Shown one piece after another: positions 11,417 through 25,303 of a stretch of DNA of 64,000 bases (positions within the stretch are counted from its first letter, which is position 1; the number at the start of each line of letters is the position of its first letter). Position numbers and translations under genes: made by a program. The notes beneath the pieces are model-generated. The model worked only from the letters and a program-made list of their open reading frames with translations, was not told the origin of the DNA and did no database searches. The DNA is taken from positions 8,556,001 through 8,620,000 of the forward strand of contig NC_086097.1 in assembly GCF_963921235.1 (NCBI RefSeq). The letters run 5' to 3'. This DNA comes from Mobula hypostoma (Eukaryota).

Positions 11417-12209
11417 GTTACTGTTGGTAATGGCCATTATTGTTTCAAAATGTATTTAATTTACTTCAGCGAATAAAGACTTTGATTGATTTGTCACCCT
11501 AGACCCAAAACAAAATGGTTAGCTGGTAAGTGAGTGTTCAAATGTAATTAAAGATGGGAGGGAAAAGCTGATTTTTCCAGCAACACCCACATTTTGTGAG
11601 TGCTGAAAGATCAGAGCAGTTTTCAGTCAGTTAACTTAGATTAACTGCGTAATGATATGCTAGGCTCACTTGATAAATGAGCACTTTCAGTCTTTCAATA
11701 AATTACTTCAAATACATTTCACTTTGTTTCAAATAGACACATTATTAAGGCAGAGTGCCCGTGGGAAGCAAGCCTGATCGAATTGCAGATATCACCAAAG
11801 ACTCTAGCAAATTTCTGCAGATGTACCATGGAGAGCATTCTGACTGATTACATCACAGACTGGTACAGAGAATCATTGCATGGGATTGAAAGGGGCTGCA
11901 GTGGGCCTTCGACTCAGCTAGCTTCATCAAGGCCACAGCCTTCCCCACTATCGATGTCAGCAAGAAATCAGTGTACTCACAGGACCAATGGTAGAATGGG
12001 TCCAAAGACCTTGTCTTATCAGTTTCTCAATCCAGTTATGCTTTATTACATAAAATCCTGTTGATTCAGGTCATATTGAAGGTAGGAAGATGACAAAGGT
12101 TTGAAAGATAAGAAGGGAAAAAATCAAGGATTTCATCCCGTTTTCCCTGAATGTAATCACCACCACATTCTTTACAGGAGCAGAGAGAAGTGAATGTTAA
12201 CAGGCTTAA

Positions 12210-13540
12210 AACATGGAATACTTCAGAACAGGTCCTTCAGTCCATCATGATGCTAATTTAATCTAATCTCACCTAACTGCAGTTGACATGTTTCCTGCTA
12301 TTACCTGCACGTAAGTGTTTGTCTAAATGTCTCTTAAATACTTTTTATTGCATTTGCTACTAACAGCTTAATTGACAGCTTGTTCAATGTGCAGATATAA
12401 AAAAGACACTTGCCCCATGCATCAGTTTAAGGTGGTGCAGCTGAAGACCTGTGATGATTTGCTGGCAGCGTACTAAACTACTACCTGCTGTATCAATCGC
12501 ACTTTTCTTGAAAAGTATTACTACAATCAATAGCCTGTCATTTCCATTTCGGAGTGGAGCTTTTGAACCACCTGTATAACCTGTATTTTTGTGGTGTGAG
12601 CCAATGTTTGGTCATTGCTGGACTGCATTTGGAGCTGATTTGAAGCAACATAACGGAGGTGAGGTAGAGTCAAGGTGGTGTGCATGAGACTGAGAGCGAG
12701 GAACAAGCCAAAGTTTGACCAGTATAAATGCCAGGGCAAGATTAAAAAGTTTGGATAAGGGCCGAACTGAGGTGCCAGGTCCCAGACATGAGAGCCTGGT
12801 AAGGCCTGGGTGCGAGAGCAAGGAATGGCCCACTGTTTGGGCGATTTAAAGCACCGGCTCAATTTGAAAAGGTCAGAGTGTCAGGGCCGTACGTGAGGGA
12901 CAGGACAGTTCAGCTCGCTGCTCTGAGGTTAACCTGTCTCCACGCTGAACTGAGGCTGTGGCCTGCAACTGCCGGGCTCTTGAGTCGGCTGCAATGATGA
13001 CTGGATTCATGGCTATGGACTCACTTTCATAAACTTCACTTCTGAATGCAATTTGCTTACTTTTATTGTTTGCATGTTTCTTTTTCTCTGCGCTTTGGGT
13101 ATTTGTTGGTCTTTTTTAAATGGGTTCTATTGGGATTCTTTGTTTTGTGGCTGCCTGTAAAGAGACGAACGTAGTATATATACTTTGATAATAAATGTGC
13201 ATTGAATTTAGAACTTTGAGCATCTTTTTTTATACTTCCCCTCCTCTCACATTAACCATGTGCACTCCAGTAATCAATGTGTTCTTCATGGGCAAATGAC
13301 AGATTATATACTGATGCCTCTTATAATTTTAACAAATTTCTCTTAGTTTGCCCTTTAACCTCTGACGCTCCAGAGAAATTAATCCACGTTAGTCACCTTT
13401 CCTTACAGGTATTATTCTGAAATCCAGGCTATTTCTAGTGAACCTCTTCTACACTCTCTCCAAAGCCTCCACAACCTTTCATGGAAATCTGTACTCAGAA
13501 TATGGCCTAAATAAACTTCTATACAGCAACAACATAACTT
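12210..13540 (-). mobile_element. old CR1 3' fragment interrupted at about 12430-13220 by a plus-strand non-coding element with a Rex-type tail
   Basis: CR1 3'-like sequence lies on both sides. The insert ends tactttgataataaatg...gaactttga, like Rex tails. Confidence 0.5.
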
Positions 13541-13549
13541 GCCCTCTTT

Positions 13550-14305
13550 TCATTGCCACCATCAAGGGTGATATACAGAAGCCTGAAGACACACATGCAA
13601 TGCTTCAGGAAGAGCTTTGTCCCCTACGCCATCAGATTTCTCAATGGACAATAAAATCATGTACACTTTTTCAATGTTTTCATTTTCTTCTCTGTTTTTC
13701 CACTACTTACTTAAGTTTTTTAAATATGCTGTATTTTCTTATTGAAATTTATTGTTCTTATATTATGATGTATTGCAATGTACCACTGCTGCAAAACAAA
13801 AAAATTCACATCATACACCAGTGATATTAAAACTGATTCTCATTCTGTGTATCTTAGATATCTGGACAATTCTAACTTTCTACAGGGGCACAAATGAGAG
13901 CATCCTGACTGGCTGCATCACTGCCTGGTATGGGAACTGTACTTCCCTCAATCACAGGACTCTGCAGAGAGTGGTGTGGCTAGCCCAGCGCATCTGTAGA
14001 TGTGAACTTCCCGCATTTACAGAGACAGGTGTATAAAAAGGGCCCAAAGAATCATTGGGGACCCTAGTCATGCAACCACAAACTGTTCCAGATGCTACCA
14101 TCTGGGAAACGGTACCGCAGCATAAAAGCCAATTCATGCTGACACAACTGTATTTCTATGTTTCTTTGACTGTCCTGTTGTACATACTACTTATTATAAA
14201 TTACTATAAGTTACACTTCTCACATTTAGATGGAGTTGTAACGTAAAGATTTTTACTCTTCATGTACATGAAGGATGTAAGAACTAAAGTCAATTCATTC
14301 ATTCT
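13550..14305 (+). mobile_element. two Rex-type LINE 3' fragments
   Basis: FYRGTNESILTGCITAWYGNC...LQRVV, with tails ctgattct and caattcattc. Confidence 0.7.
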
Positions 14306-14519
14306 TGAGATCCTTAAGATCTGGACAATATTTTTCCTATATTAATACCAATAGGTGACTGATTACCTGATTATTATAACTCTGGTATTCTTGGAACGTA
14401 CGTGATAATTGGCTTCAGCACTTCCTACATTAAATAATGCCTACACTTTAAAAAAATATTTTGCTGGTTGTGAGCATCCTTAGGTTCTGATTCAGCATTA
14501 TGCATAAATGCTGACCTTG

Positions 14520-15560
14520 GTTTAAGTTCAAAGTTCAAGATAACTTTATTTTCCAAGTATAAATATGTTACCATATACAACCATGAGATTTATTTTCTTG
14601 CAGGCTTACTCAATAAATCCATGATAGAATAATAACAACAACCAGAATCAATGAAAGACCACGCCAACTTGTGCACTCAACAATTGTGCAAAAGGCAACA
14701 AAATAAGCAAATACAAATAAATAAACAAACAAACAAACAAATAAATAAATAAACAATAAATATTGAGAACATGAGATGAAGAGGTCTTGAAAGTGAGTCC
14801 ATGCCTTGTGGGAACGTTTCACTGATGGGGCATATGAAGTTGACTGAAGATAACTCCTCTGGTTCAAGAGCCTGATGGTTGAGGGGTAGTAACTGTTCCT
14901 GAACCTGCTGGTGTGAGTTCTGAGGCACCTGCACCTTCTTCCCAATAATACTTCATTATCAAAGTTCATATATGTCATCATCTACAACTCCTAGATTCAT
15001 TTTCTTGTCAGTATTCACAGTAAATACAAAGAAACAAAACAATAAATAAGTAAGTAAGCAATAAATATTGAGAATGTGAAATGAAGAGTCCTTCAAAGCG
15101 AGTCCTTAGTTTAGTGTTGGGGTGTGAAGTTATCCCCTCTAGTACAAGGGTCTGATGTTTGAGGGCTAATAGCTGCTTCTGAACCCAGTGATGTGGGTGC
15201 TGGGGGTCTTGTACCTCCTTCCTGATAGCAGCAGTGAGAAAAACTCATAACTTGTGTAGTGCGTTTCCCTGATGGTGGATGCTCCTCTCCTGCAACAACA
15301 CTCCATGTAGATGTGCTCAATGATGAGGAGACTTTTACCATAATGAACTGGGCTGCATCCACTACTATTTATAGGACTTTCCATTCAAGGGCATGAGTAT
15401 TTCCATACCAGGCAGTAATGCCACCAATCAAAATACTCTCCACTGCACATCTATAGAAGTTTGTCAAAGTTTTAGATGTCATGCCAAATCTTTGCAAACT
15501 TCTATGAAAGTAGAGGTGCTGTCATGCTCTCATTGTACTGGCATTTATGTACTGGACTAG
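14520..15560 (-). mobile_element. two adjacent Rex-type LINE 3' fragments
   Basis: GRRCRCLRTHTSRFRNSYYPSTIRLLN and LLLSGRRYKT..HITGFRSSY. Confidence 0.75.
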
Positions 15561-16364
15561 GGACAGGAAAGCAACAGTATCACAGCCTGGGCCTTCAAAC
15601 TGCCCTCCAGCATCACAGGTGTAACTTCTGGTCTGTCGCAAAATTTCCCTCAATGCAAACGGTTACAATTGCTTGGCTGGGATAGCTGGCTGCAAGCCCA
15701 AGAGAGACTGAATAAGAAACTTAACTGGGTCTGACCATGAATATCACATTTTATTAGTCTCATATGATTCTATATTTGCAGTATATTAAAATTAATTAAT
15801 AGCATTACAGAGGAAAACTGACACAGAAAATCAATAACGAAGAGTTACTAAATTACAAATGGACTTCCTTCATCACAATTATTTGAAAATTGCTCCATTG
15901 CATAAATTCATACAGTAATACAAGCAATGTATGTTGACATACATCTGCAAGATAATTAAAATACCATTTTCTCGTGCAGCATTTGGAAGTGATTTCATGG
16001 AAAAGTTACTTATTGTTGTGACCAAATACAAAAGGCATCACATAGTTGAAAGTCTTCCACTGAGATAAACATTAGTCTTCCGTATTTTTCCATCTTTAGA
16101 ATATATCCTGATATGGACTCCTGATCAAGGACACTTCTTTGTGTTCTTGATACTCATTGCTTATGTATTTATTATTATTATTCTGCTTGCTTTTCTTTTT
16201 CTTGCATTTGCAAATAAAAACTCCAATAATAAATAAAAGATAGTTAATAAATATAATAAATGATAATAAACATTAAAAGATAGTTTGCTGACTTTTGCAC
16301 ATGGGTTGTTTGTCTGTGGTGTGTATGGTTTTTATTTGATTCTATTCAGTTTCTTTGTACTTAG

Positions 16365-16739
16365 ACCATAAAGCCATATGGCCAGAATTGGGCCATTCAG
16401 CCCATTGAGTCGGCTCCACCATTCCATCATGGCTGATCTCAGATCCCACTCACCCCCATACACCTGCCTTCTCACCATATCCTTTGATGCCCTGACTGAT
16501 CAGGAAATAATCGACTTCTGCCTTAAATATACTCATAGACTTAGCATCCAACTCAGTCTGTGGCAGAGCATTCCACAGATTCACCCCTCTCTGGCTAAAA
16601 AAAACATCCTCCTTACGTCTGTTCTAAAAGATCACCCCCCAGATTTGAGGCTGTGCCCTCTAGTTCTGCACATCCCCATCATAAGAAACATCTTCTCCAC
16701 ATCCACCTCAACTGGTCCTTTCAACATTCTGTAGGTTTC
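16365..16739 (-). mobile_element. older CR1 3' end; probable continuation at about 19826-19900
   Basis: CR1 RT C-terminus and 3' UTR, interrupted by the younger CR1 at 16740. Confidence 0.6.
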
Positions 16740-19680
16740 ATAGAACATAGAACACAGAACATTGAACATAGAATAGGACAGCACAGTACAGGCCCTTCGG
16801 CCCATATTGTTGTGCTGACCCTCAAACCCTGCCTCCCATACAACCCCCCGCCTTAAATTCCTCCATATACCTGTCTAGTAATCTCTTAAATTTCACAAGT
16901 GTATCTGCCTCCACCACTGACTCAGGCAGTGTATTCCACGCACCAACAACTCTCTGAGTAAAAAACCTTCCTCTAATATCCCCCTTAAACTTCCCACCCC
17001 TTATCTTAAAGCCATATCCCCTTGTATTGAGCAGTGGTGCCCTAGGGAAGAGGCGCTGGCTATCCACTCTATCTGTTCCTCTTAATATCTTGTATACCTC
17101 TATCATGTCTCCTCTAATCCTCCTTCTCTCCAAAGAGTAAAGCCCTAGCTCCCTTAATCTCTGAACATAATGCATACTGTCTAAACCAGGCAGCATCCTG
17201 GTAAATCACCTCTGTACCCTTTCCAATCTGTCCACATCCTTCCTATAGTGAGGCAACCAGAACTGGACACAGTACTCCAAGTGTGGCCTGACCAGAGTTT
17301 TATAGAGCTGCATCATTACCTCGCGACTCTTAAACTCTATCTCTCGACTTATGAAAGCTAACACCCCATAAACTTTCTTAGCTACCCTATCCACCTGTGA
17401 GGCAACTTTCATGGATCTGTGGACATGTACCCAGATCCCTCTGCTCCTCCGCACTGCCAAGTATCCTGCCATTTACTTTGTACTCTGCCTTGGAGTTTGT
17501 CCTTCCAAAGTGTACCACCTCACACTTCTCCGGGTTGAACTCCATCTGCCACTTCTCAGCCCACTTCTGCATCCTATCAATGTCTCTCTGCAATCTTCGA
17601 CAATCCTCTACACCATCTACAACACCACTAACCTTTGTGTTGTCTGCAAGCCTGCCAACCCACCCTTCTACCCCCAAATCCAGGTGGTTAATAAAAATCA
17701 CGAAAAGTAGAGGTCCCAGAGCCGATCCTTGTGGGACACCACTAGTCACAACCCTCCAATCCGAATGTACTCCCTCCACCACGACCCTCTGCCTTCTGCA
17801 GGCAAGTCAATTTTGAATCCACCTGGCCATACTTCCCTGGATCCCATGCCTTTTGACTTTCTGAATAAGCCTACCGTGTGGAACCTTATCAAATGCCTTA
17901 CTAAAATCCATATAGATCACATCCACTGCACTATCCTCATCTATATGCCGGTCACCTCCTCAAAGAACTCTATCAGGCTTGTTAGACACGATCTGCCCTT
18001 CACAAAGCCGTGCTGACTGTCCCCGATCAGACCATTATTCTTTAAATGACCAGAGATCCTATCTCTAAGAATCTTTTCCAACAGCTTTCACACTACAGAC
18101 GTAAGGCTCACTAGTCTATAATTACTCGGACTATTCCTACTACCTTTTTTGAACAAGGGGACAATATTCGCCTCCCTTCAATCCTCCGGTACCATTCCCG
18201 TAGATAACGAGGACAGAAAGATCCTAGCCAAAGGCTCAGCAATCTCTTCCCTCGCACTGTGGAGCAGCCTGGGGAATATTCCATCAGGCCCCGGGGACTT
18301 ATCCATTCTAATGTATTTTAACAACTCCAACACCTCCTCTCCCTTAATATCAACATGCTCCAGAACATCAACCTCACTCTTATTGTCCTTACCGTCATCA
18401 AGTTCCCTCTCATTAGTGAATACCGGAGAAGTATTCATTGAGGACCTCGCTCACTTCCACAGCCTCCAGGCACATCTTCCCACCTTTATCTCTAATCGGT
18501 CCTACCTTCACTCCTGAAATCCTTTTGTTCTTCACATAATTTGAAGAATCCCTTGGGGTTTTCCTTTACCCTAATCGCCAAGGCCTTCTCATGCCCCCTT
18601 CTTGCTCATCTCAGCCCCTTCTTAAGCTCCTTTCTTGCTACCCTATATCCATCTGATCCTTGCTTCCTAAACCTCATGTATGCTGCCTTCTTCCACCTGA
18701 CTAGATTTTCCACCTCACTTGTCACCCATGGTTCCTTCACCCTACCATTCTTTATTTTCCTCACCGGGACAAATTTATCCCTAACATCCTGCAAGAGATC
18801 TCTAAACATTGACCACGTGTCCATAGTACATTTCCCTGCAAAAACATCATCCCAATTCACACCTGCAGGTTCTTGCCTTATAGCCTCATAATTTTCCCTG
18901 TCCTCTCTGATTCTATCCTTTTCCATTTTAATGCTGAAGGCCAGGATGTGGTGGTCACTGTCCCCCGCTGAGGGATCTGTGACCTGACCCAGTTTGTTAC
19001 CTAATACTAGATCTAGTATGGCATTCCCCCTAGTCGGCCTGTCAACATACTGTGACAGGAGTCCATCCTGGACACACTTAACAAACTCTGCCCCATCCAA
19101 ACCCTTGGAACTATTCAGGTGCCAATCAATATTAGGGAAGTCAAAGTCACCCATGATAACACCCCTGTTATTTTCGTACCTTTCCAAAATCTGCCTCCAA
19201 ATCTGCTCCTCTGTATCTCTGCTGCTACCAGGGGGCCTATAGAATACCCTCAATATAGAGTAACTGCTCCCTTCCTGTTCCTGACTTCCACCCATACTGA
19301 CTCAGAAGAGGATCCTGCTACATTACCCACCCTTTCTGTAGCTGTAATAGTATTCCAGACCAGAAATGCCACGCCTCCTCCCCTTTTCCCCCTCCTCTCT
19401 ATCCCTTTTAAAGCACTGAAATCCAGAAATATTGAGAATCCATTCCTACCCTGGTGCCAGCCAAGTCTCTTAATGGCCACTCCATCATAATTCCACGTAT
19501 GTATCCAAGCTCTCAGTTCATCACCTTTGCTCCTGATGCTTCTTGCATTGAAGTACACACACTTTAGCCCTTCTACCTTACTGTCTTTACACTGTTTATT
19601 CTGCTTTTCTTTCCTCAAAGCCTCTCTGTATGTTAGATCTGGCTTTACTCCATGCACTTCTTTCACTGCTGTATCGCTCC
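16740..19680 (-). mobile_element. CR1 LINE, nearly complete frameshifted ORF2 (APE + RT)
   Basis: YFNARSI, GDFDFP, LDLVL, KSPGPDGI, SGVPQGSALGPLLF, LADNTK and RPHLEYC motifs, with a (TTCTATG)n tail. Confidence 0.95.
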
Positions 19681-19682
19681 GG

Positions 19683-19820
19683 ATCCTGACGAAGGGTCTC
19701 GGCCCAAATCGTTGACTGTACCTCTTTCTAGAGATGCTGCCTGGCCTGCTGCATTCACCAGCAACTTTTATGTGTGCTGCTTGAAATTCCAGCATCTGCA
19801 GATTTCCTCGTGTTTGCGTT
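19683..19820 (+). mobile_element. Penelope pseudo-LTR fragment with a mutated hammerhead
   Basis: CTGACGA-AGGGTCTCGGCCC-aaat-cgttgactg followed by gatgctgcctggcctgctg, as at 4424-4500. Confidence 0.75.
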
Positions 19821-20039
19821 TTTAAATTATCCTCATGAACGTCCTTTGGACACTCTCCAATGACAACACATCCTTTCTGAGATATGGGGCTCAAAACTGT
19901 TGTTCTTACTGCAAATGCCTGCAAGAAAATGAATGCCAGGGTGGTATATGGTGACATATAGTATGTACTTTGATAATAAATTTATCTAGAACTTGTCAGA
20001 AAGGTAAATCAAAATAAACGCTTCCTTGATAAATTGTAT

Positions 20040-20450
20040 GCAAATTTCAATGTAATTTCATTATCAAACTACATTTATGTCACCGTATACGACCCTGATA
20101 ATTCATTTTCTTGTGGGCGTACTCAATAAATCTATAGAATAATAACCACAACACGATCAATGAAAGTGTCCAACTAGAGTATTCAACCTGAGTGCAAAAG
20201 ACAACGAACTGCACAAATACAAAAATAAAAGGCAGTAAATAATAATACAGTAAGGAAGCAATAAATATTGACCATATGAGAAGAAGCGTCCTTAAAAGCG
20301 AGTCCTTAGGTTCTGGGAAAATTTCAATGATGAGGCAAGTGAAGTTGAGTGAAGTTATACCCACTGGTTCAAGAGCCTGATGGTTAAGGGTAATAACTGT
20401 TCCTGAACCTGGTGGTGTGGGTCCTAAGGCTCTTGTACCTTCTTTTCTGA
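20040..20450 (-). mobile_element. Rex-type LINE 3' UTR
   Basis: Homologous to 14520-14945. Confidence 0.7.
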
Positions 20451-20744
20451 TGAAGAAAACTTTTCCTTAATGTTGCATTTTGGAACTCCCAATTTAACAG
20501 TTTCCAGCTGTCTTTCTGTTTTGTACTTTCCCTAATGCTGATAATTTGTACATTAAAGACTTTGCTTCATTAGATCATATGCCAATTGCAGATGAGTTTC
20601 ATTCAGCTCAACAGAACTTATCCATTCAGAAAGAAAAGAGTATCCTGGAATTCTTTCTGCAGACGTGATTAACTTGTTGATCAACTGAGTTTTTTTTTCA
20701 GGGTTTACCATTTTATAAAATTTCAGGACAGTCATGAAGATTTT

Positions 20745-21120
20745 AAGTTCAAATTTGTTGCCATCCGACTGTACCTAATATACAACCAAATGAAAAAATA
20801 ATCCTCCGGATCACAGTGTATGCACAAAACATATTGCACACACAGCACATAAACAAAATATTACCACAAATACAATAATAAAACTTAATTTAAAATGCAT
20901 GCTCTGCATAGCACAGGTAAATAGAACACAATAAACAGCTCACTGTCCTAGTGACGAGACCTCATTGGTGGCAGGGTATTCATGAGTCTCACAGCCCGAA
21001 GAAGCAGCTTTTACTCAGTCTGGCAGTTCTAGTTCTGATGCTCCTGTCCCTCTTTCCTAATGGTAGCGTGTCTAAGTGATTGTGGCATGGATGGTAGGGA
21101 TCCTCAACAATGCCCTGCCA
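20745..21120 (-). mobile_element. Rex-type LINE 3' end (second subfamily)
   Basis: Homologous to about 58400-58625; degenerate IRTRTARLSKSCFF C-terminus. Confidence 0.55.
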
Positions 21121-21441
21121 TTTCCCTGCTGCAAAGTCAGCAACACTTCTACACAGGCTGGATGACAGAAATCCTTTTGCACAATGCAGTTGACATTACG
21201 TCAATTGCAAAGGTTTACTTTGAGTTTGGTAGACTTCTGTGAATTAATGCATTAAAGACTACATAATGTCTGGATCTTTTTCTTTCGGTACAATGACTCC
21301 CCTTAGCGCTAATTATTGTCTGATAATTTACCCATGTGCATTGATTTGTTGCTCTCTCTGCAAAGTGAATATACACATCAACTTCTTCTCCAAATATGTA
21401 CCTTTATTTAATTGATATATCATTGCACAGACACAACAAAT

Positions 21442-24400
21442 TGGCGATGAGTTCAAACTTGAATGTAAGTGAATATCAGCAACTGCATTGACAGTTATGA
21501 GACAACAAAATTTGGAGGAAGGGAAAGAGACTGAGAGGAAAGAGTGAAATGAACTAGTATGATGATGGAGAAGGTGGTCACAGATGCTAGAAAAGGGCAC
21601 ATGACTAACAGTGTACATTATACAGTGAAAGATGCACAACTGGCCTAGCTAAAGTAAAAATAACATGACGATGGTCTTAGGCAGGAAAGTTGATGAATTT
21701 GATAGTGCTAATGAGAACTGGGAATCATATATCAAGAAGGTTGAATTGTATTATAATGCTAAAGGTGTGGATGGGGTAAGGAATTTCTCCGCACTTCTTA
21801 GCTTAATGGGTGCTTGAACGTGCAGTCTCTTATGCAACTTCATAACTCCTGACAAGCCAGTAAGCAAGACGATTGACGAAATAGTTGCAATTTTGCAAAA
21901 TCACTTGAGCCCAAGACCAAAAATAGCTGAAAAATTTAGATTTCATGAAAGGAACCAGTCAAAAGAAGAAAGCATTTTTGAGTGCACTGCAGAACTGTGC
22001 AAACTTTCCCAATACTGTGACTTTACAGAGGGACTTTCTGACGCACTAAGGGACAGGTTGTGTATGGCATGCATAGTCAAAGCAGTCCAAAGAGGCTACT
22101 GTCAGAATGAGACCTAACCTTAGAACTGAGATTGACTATTGCAATATCATTAGAGACTGCAGCAAAGGACGTGGCTGAACTACAGAAAAAGAGTTGAGAA
22201 TACAAAATGCACAAAATGTCCCTAAATGGTACAAAAAGCCAAAAATTTTATCAATGTGGCAAATCCTTCCACGATCCAAATGAATGCAGGTTCAAAGAAG
22301 AAGTTTGCAGAAAGTTTTACAAACAAGGTCACATAGAGAGAGTGTGCGAGTCAGATAAAAAGCACAACCAAACAAAAAACACACAAAGCGAAAAGTTTCA
22401 AATAAAAAAAACTAAACAGTTGCACAGAGTGACAGAATGTGAAACTGAATCACACAACACAGAGTCTGACAAAGATGAGCTGTCATGCCTAGAACTGCAT
22501 AGAATTACTAATGCAGAATGCAAAATCATATGGATCACAACAGTTGTGTGTGGAGTAAAATTGAAAATGAAGCTGGGTACAAGACCAGCTTAGTCTGTAA
22601 TTTCAGAGGCCGGCTATGATAGACTGTAAGCTACCATTAGAAAAGACCTTAGTGATGCTAAAGACCTACACAAATGAAAAGTATCTCCCAAACGCAAACT
22701 GAAAGTGAATGTGACGTATAGAGGCAAAACAGTTAGAGTTTTATGTATTGAAAAGCGGAGGGCCAGCACTCTTCTGATGTGAATGGTTGAGAAAAATCCA
22801 ACTAGTCTGCCACTCAATCAAAGCTCTCAGTCTGGCATCAACAGGCAACAGCTGCCCAAATGGTAGCACTAACCAGAGACTGTCACAGCTGCTTAATGCT
22901 AATGATAAGATGTTCCAGAAGGGTATTGGTAAAGTCAAAGGCATGAAGGCCAGAATTGAACCGGATGAAACAGCAACACCAAAATTCCATAAAGCACATC
23001 TGCTGACTTACGCATTATGTCCTAAAACGTATGCTGAACTGCAGAGCTAGGAGGCATTTGGAATTCTCTCTAAGGTTGAGTGGAGCGATTGTGCCATGCC
23101 CATTGTCCACATGATCAATCAAAGGAAGACTGGAGCTGTTCGCATATGCGGGGACTTCAAATAGAGCATCAGTCCTGTGCTGCGTACTCTGCAGTATCTC
23201 CTGCTACAAATAGAAGACATTTTTACATCTTTGGCAGGCGGTGAGAGGTTTTCAAAGATTGACCTGTTCCAAACCTATCTGCAAATGGAGATTGAGAAGT
23301 CAAGCAGGAAGTTCCTCACAATCAACACTCACAAGGGACTGTTCCAGTATAATTGTCTTGTCCTTGGCGTCGCATCAGCCCCTGCAGTCTGGTGAAGAGC
23401 AATGGATCAAGTGCTCCAAGATATCCCAGGAACACAATGTTACCTTGATGACATTACTGTGACTGGCAAAATTGATGACAAGCACTTCCAGGACCTTGGT
23501 AAAGTGTTTACCAGGTTGAGTGAGCAGGACTGCATGTAGAGAGAGAGAGATGTGAGTTTTACAAGAAAGAAATGTCATATTATGGACATGTCATTGACAA
23601 GCATGGCCTACATAAGTCACAAGAGAAGACTGAAACAGTGATGTAGGCACCTCAACCATAAAATGTGCCACAACTCAGGTCATACTTGGGCCTTGTAAAC
23701 TAATACCACCAGTTTCTCCCAAACATTGCAACAGTACTGATTCCATCAAATGCACTGTTACAGACAGGAGCAAAGTGGGAATGGTCAGAAAGATGTAAAA
23801 GAGTATTCAAAGAAACAAAGAGACTAATATCAGATGAACTGTTCACCCATTATGACCCATCGCTGCCTATCAGACTGGCGTGTGATGTGTCCCCTTAGGT
23901 TATTGGTGCTGTTTTGTCACACAATGAAAGATGGATCTGAACACCCAATTGGATTTGCTTTAGGATCTTTGACGAGTGCAGATGTAACTATGCAGAGATC
24001 GACTGAGAGGCGCTTAGTCTACTACAGTGAATAAAGGAGTTTGACCATTTCCTCTATGGACAAAAGTTCACACTAGTGATAGATCACCCAACCCCTTGTG
24101 TCCAATTTCAATCCCAGGAAAGGAAACCCACTGGTGTCTTCTACCCAGTTTCAACTTTGGTCACTTTTCCTAAGAGCCCACTCTTATGAAGTAGAGTGTG
24201 AGGGCACTAAACAACACAGCAAAGCTAATGGTTTGTCATGTCTTCCACTGGTGTCAACTGAAGAAGAAAAATCTTCATTCTGTGACCCAGCAGAGGTGTT
24301 CCCCACAGCATTGGTGGACCAGCGCCAGTAACAAATTCTGAAATAGAAACAGAAACAGGGAATGATCCAACATTGTCAAAAGACTATGACATCACCATGC

Positions 24401-24630
24401 AAGGATGGCCAGTTCATGATAATTCGATGTATCCAGAGTTCTCAGTGAGACGAGACCAACCGTCTGTATGTGAAAGAACTCTGAGGTGTGGATCCCGTGT
24501 TGTGGCTCCCTTTAAACAGTGTTAGAAAATCTGCATGAAGGACCCCTGGGTATAGTCAGGATGAAGAGTCTCGCCAGCAGCTGTGTGTGGTGGTTGTGAA
24601 TAGGTAGACAGATTGAAAACTCGCCTGGTA
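21442..24630 (+). pseudogene. decayed Ty3/Gypsy LTR retrotransposon internal region (gag-pro-RT-RNase H-start of integrase)
   Basis: PBS-like TGGCGATGAG (21442-21451) after an ...AACA end; gag KVDEFDSANENWESYI and AEKFRFHERNQ; RT VRICGDFK, FSKIDL, THKGLFQY and CYLDDI; integrase LHEG.LGIVRMKSLA..VWW. Many stops and frameshifts. Confidence 0.9.
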
Positions 24631-25050
24631 TGGAGGGTCCACTGGACAGGATTGGAAAAAGCTGCAGAAAGTTGTAAACTCAACCAGCTTCATCATGGAC
24701 GCTAGCCTCCCCAGCATCCCGGACATCTTCAAAAGGTGATACCAAGAAGGCAACATTCACCATTAAGGATCCAGAACATGCCCATTTCTCATTGCTACCA
24801 ACAAAGAGGACGTACAGGGACCTGAAGATATGCACTCAACGTTTGAGGAACAACGTCTTCCCCTCTGCGATCAGATTTCTGAATGGACATTGAACTCATG
24901 AACACTACCTTTGCTACTTTTTTATGTCTATTTTTATCACCACTTATTCAATTTAACTGTTTAATATATATATTCATACTGTAATTCACAGTTCTTTTTC
25001 TCTATTATTTTGTATTGCGTATGCTGATAGTATTAAACCTGATTCTGATT
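24625..25050 (+). mobile_element. Rex-type LINE 3' fragment truncating the Gypsy relic
   Basis: AWYGGS...KKLQKVV... and a (CTGATT)n tail. Confidence 0.75.
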
Positions 25051-25303
25051 ATAACCGTGTTATGGATCTACCGCTAGGAAAGTGACATCGGGCTGGTTAG
25101 AAGACAAAAGAAACTGCACGATTATAAAAGAAAATGCGAGAATGTGGAATAGAAGACAGAATGCTGGAAGAACTCAATGGGTCAAGCAGCAGCTATGCAG
25201 GAAACATTTTGCATCAGAACTGTTAGGCTGGTTAGCCCTTTTGTAGTCATTATGGACTTAATGGCTCAAACGGCTTTCTTTTTTGACGCAGATCTTTAAA
25301 ATA

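Noticed and set aside
19250..19957. 235-aa ORF as a host gene
   Set aside because: It is a chance read-through across CR1, Penelope pLTR and Rex pieces.
20559..20665. Plus-strand exon-like frame (FASLDHMPIADEFH...)
   Set aside because: Weak donor site and no recognisable homology. The same applies to 4891-4996.
21331..21356. 26-nt minus-strand micro-exon candidate
   Set aside because: It probably lies within a Gypsy LTR relic, and it creates a stop if joined to the 31881 exon.
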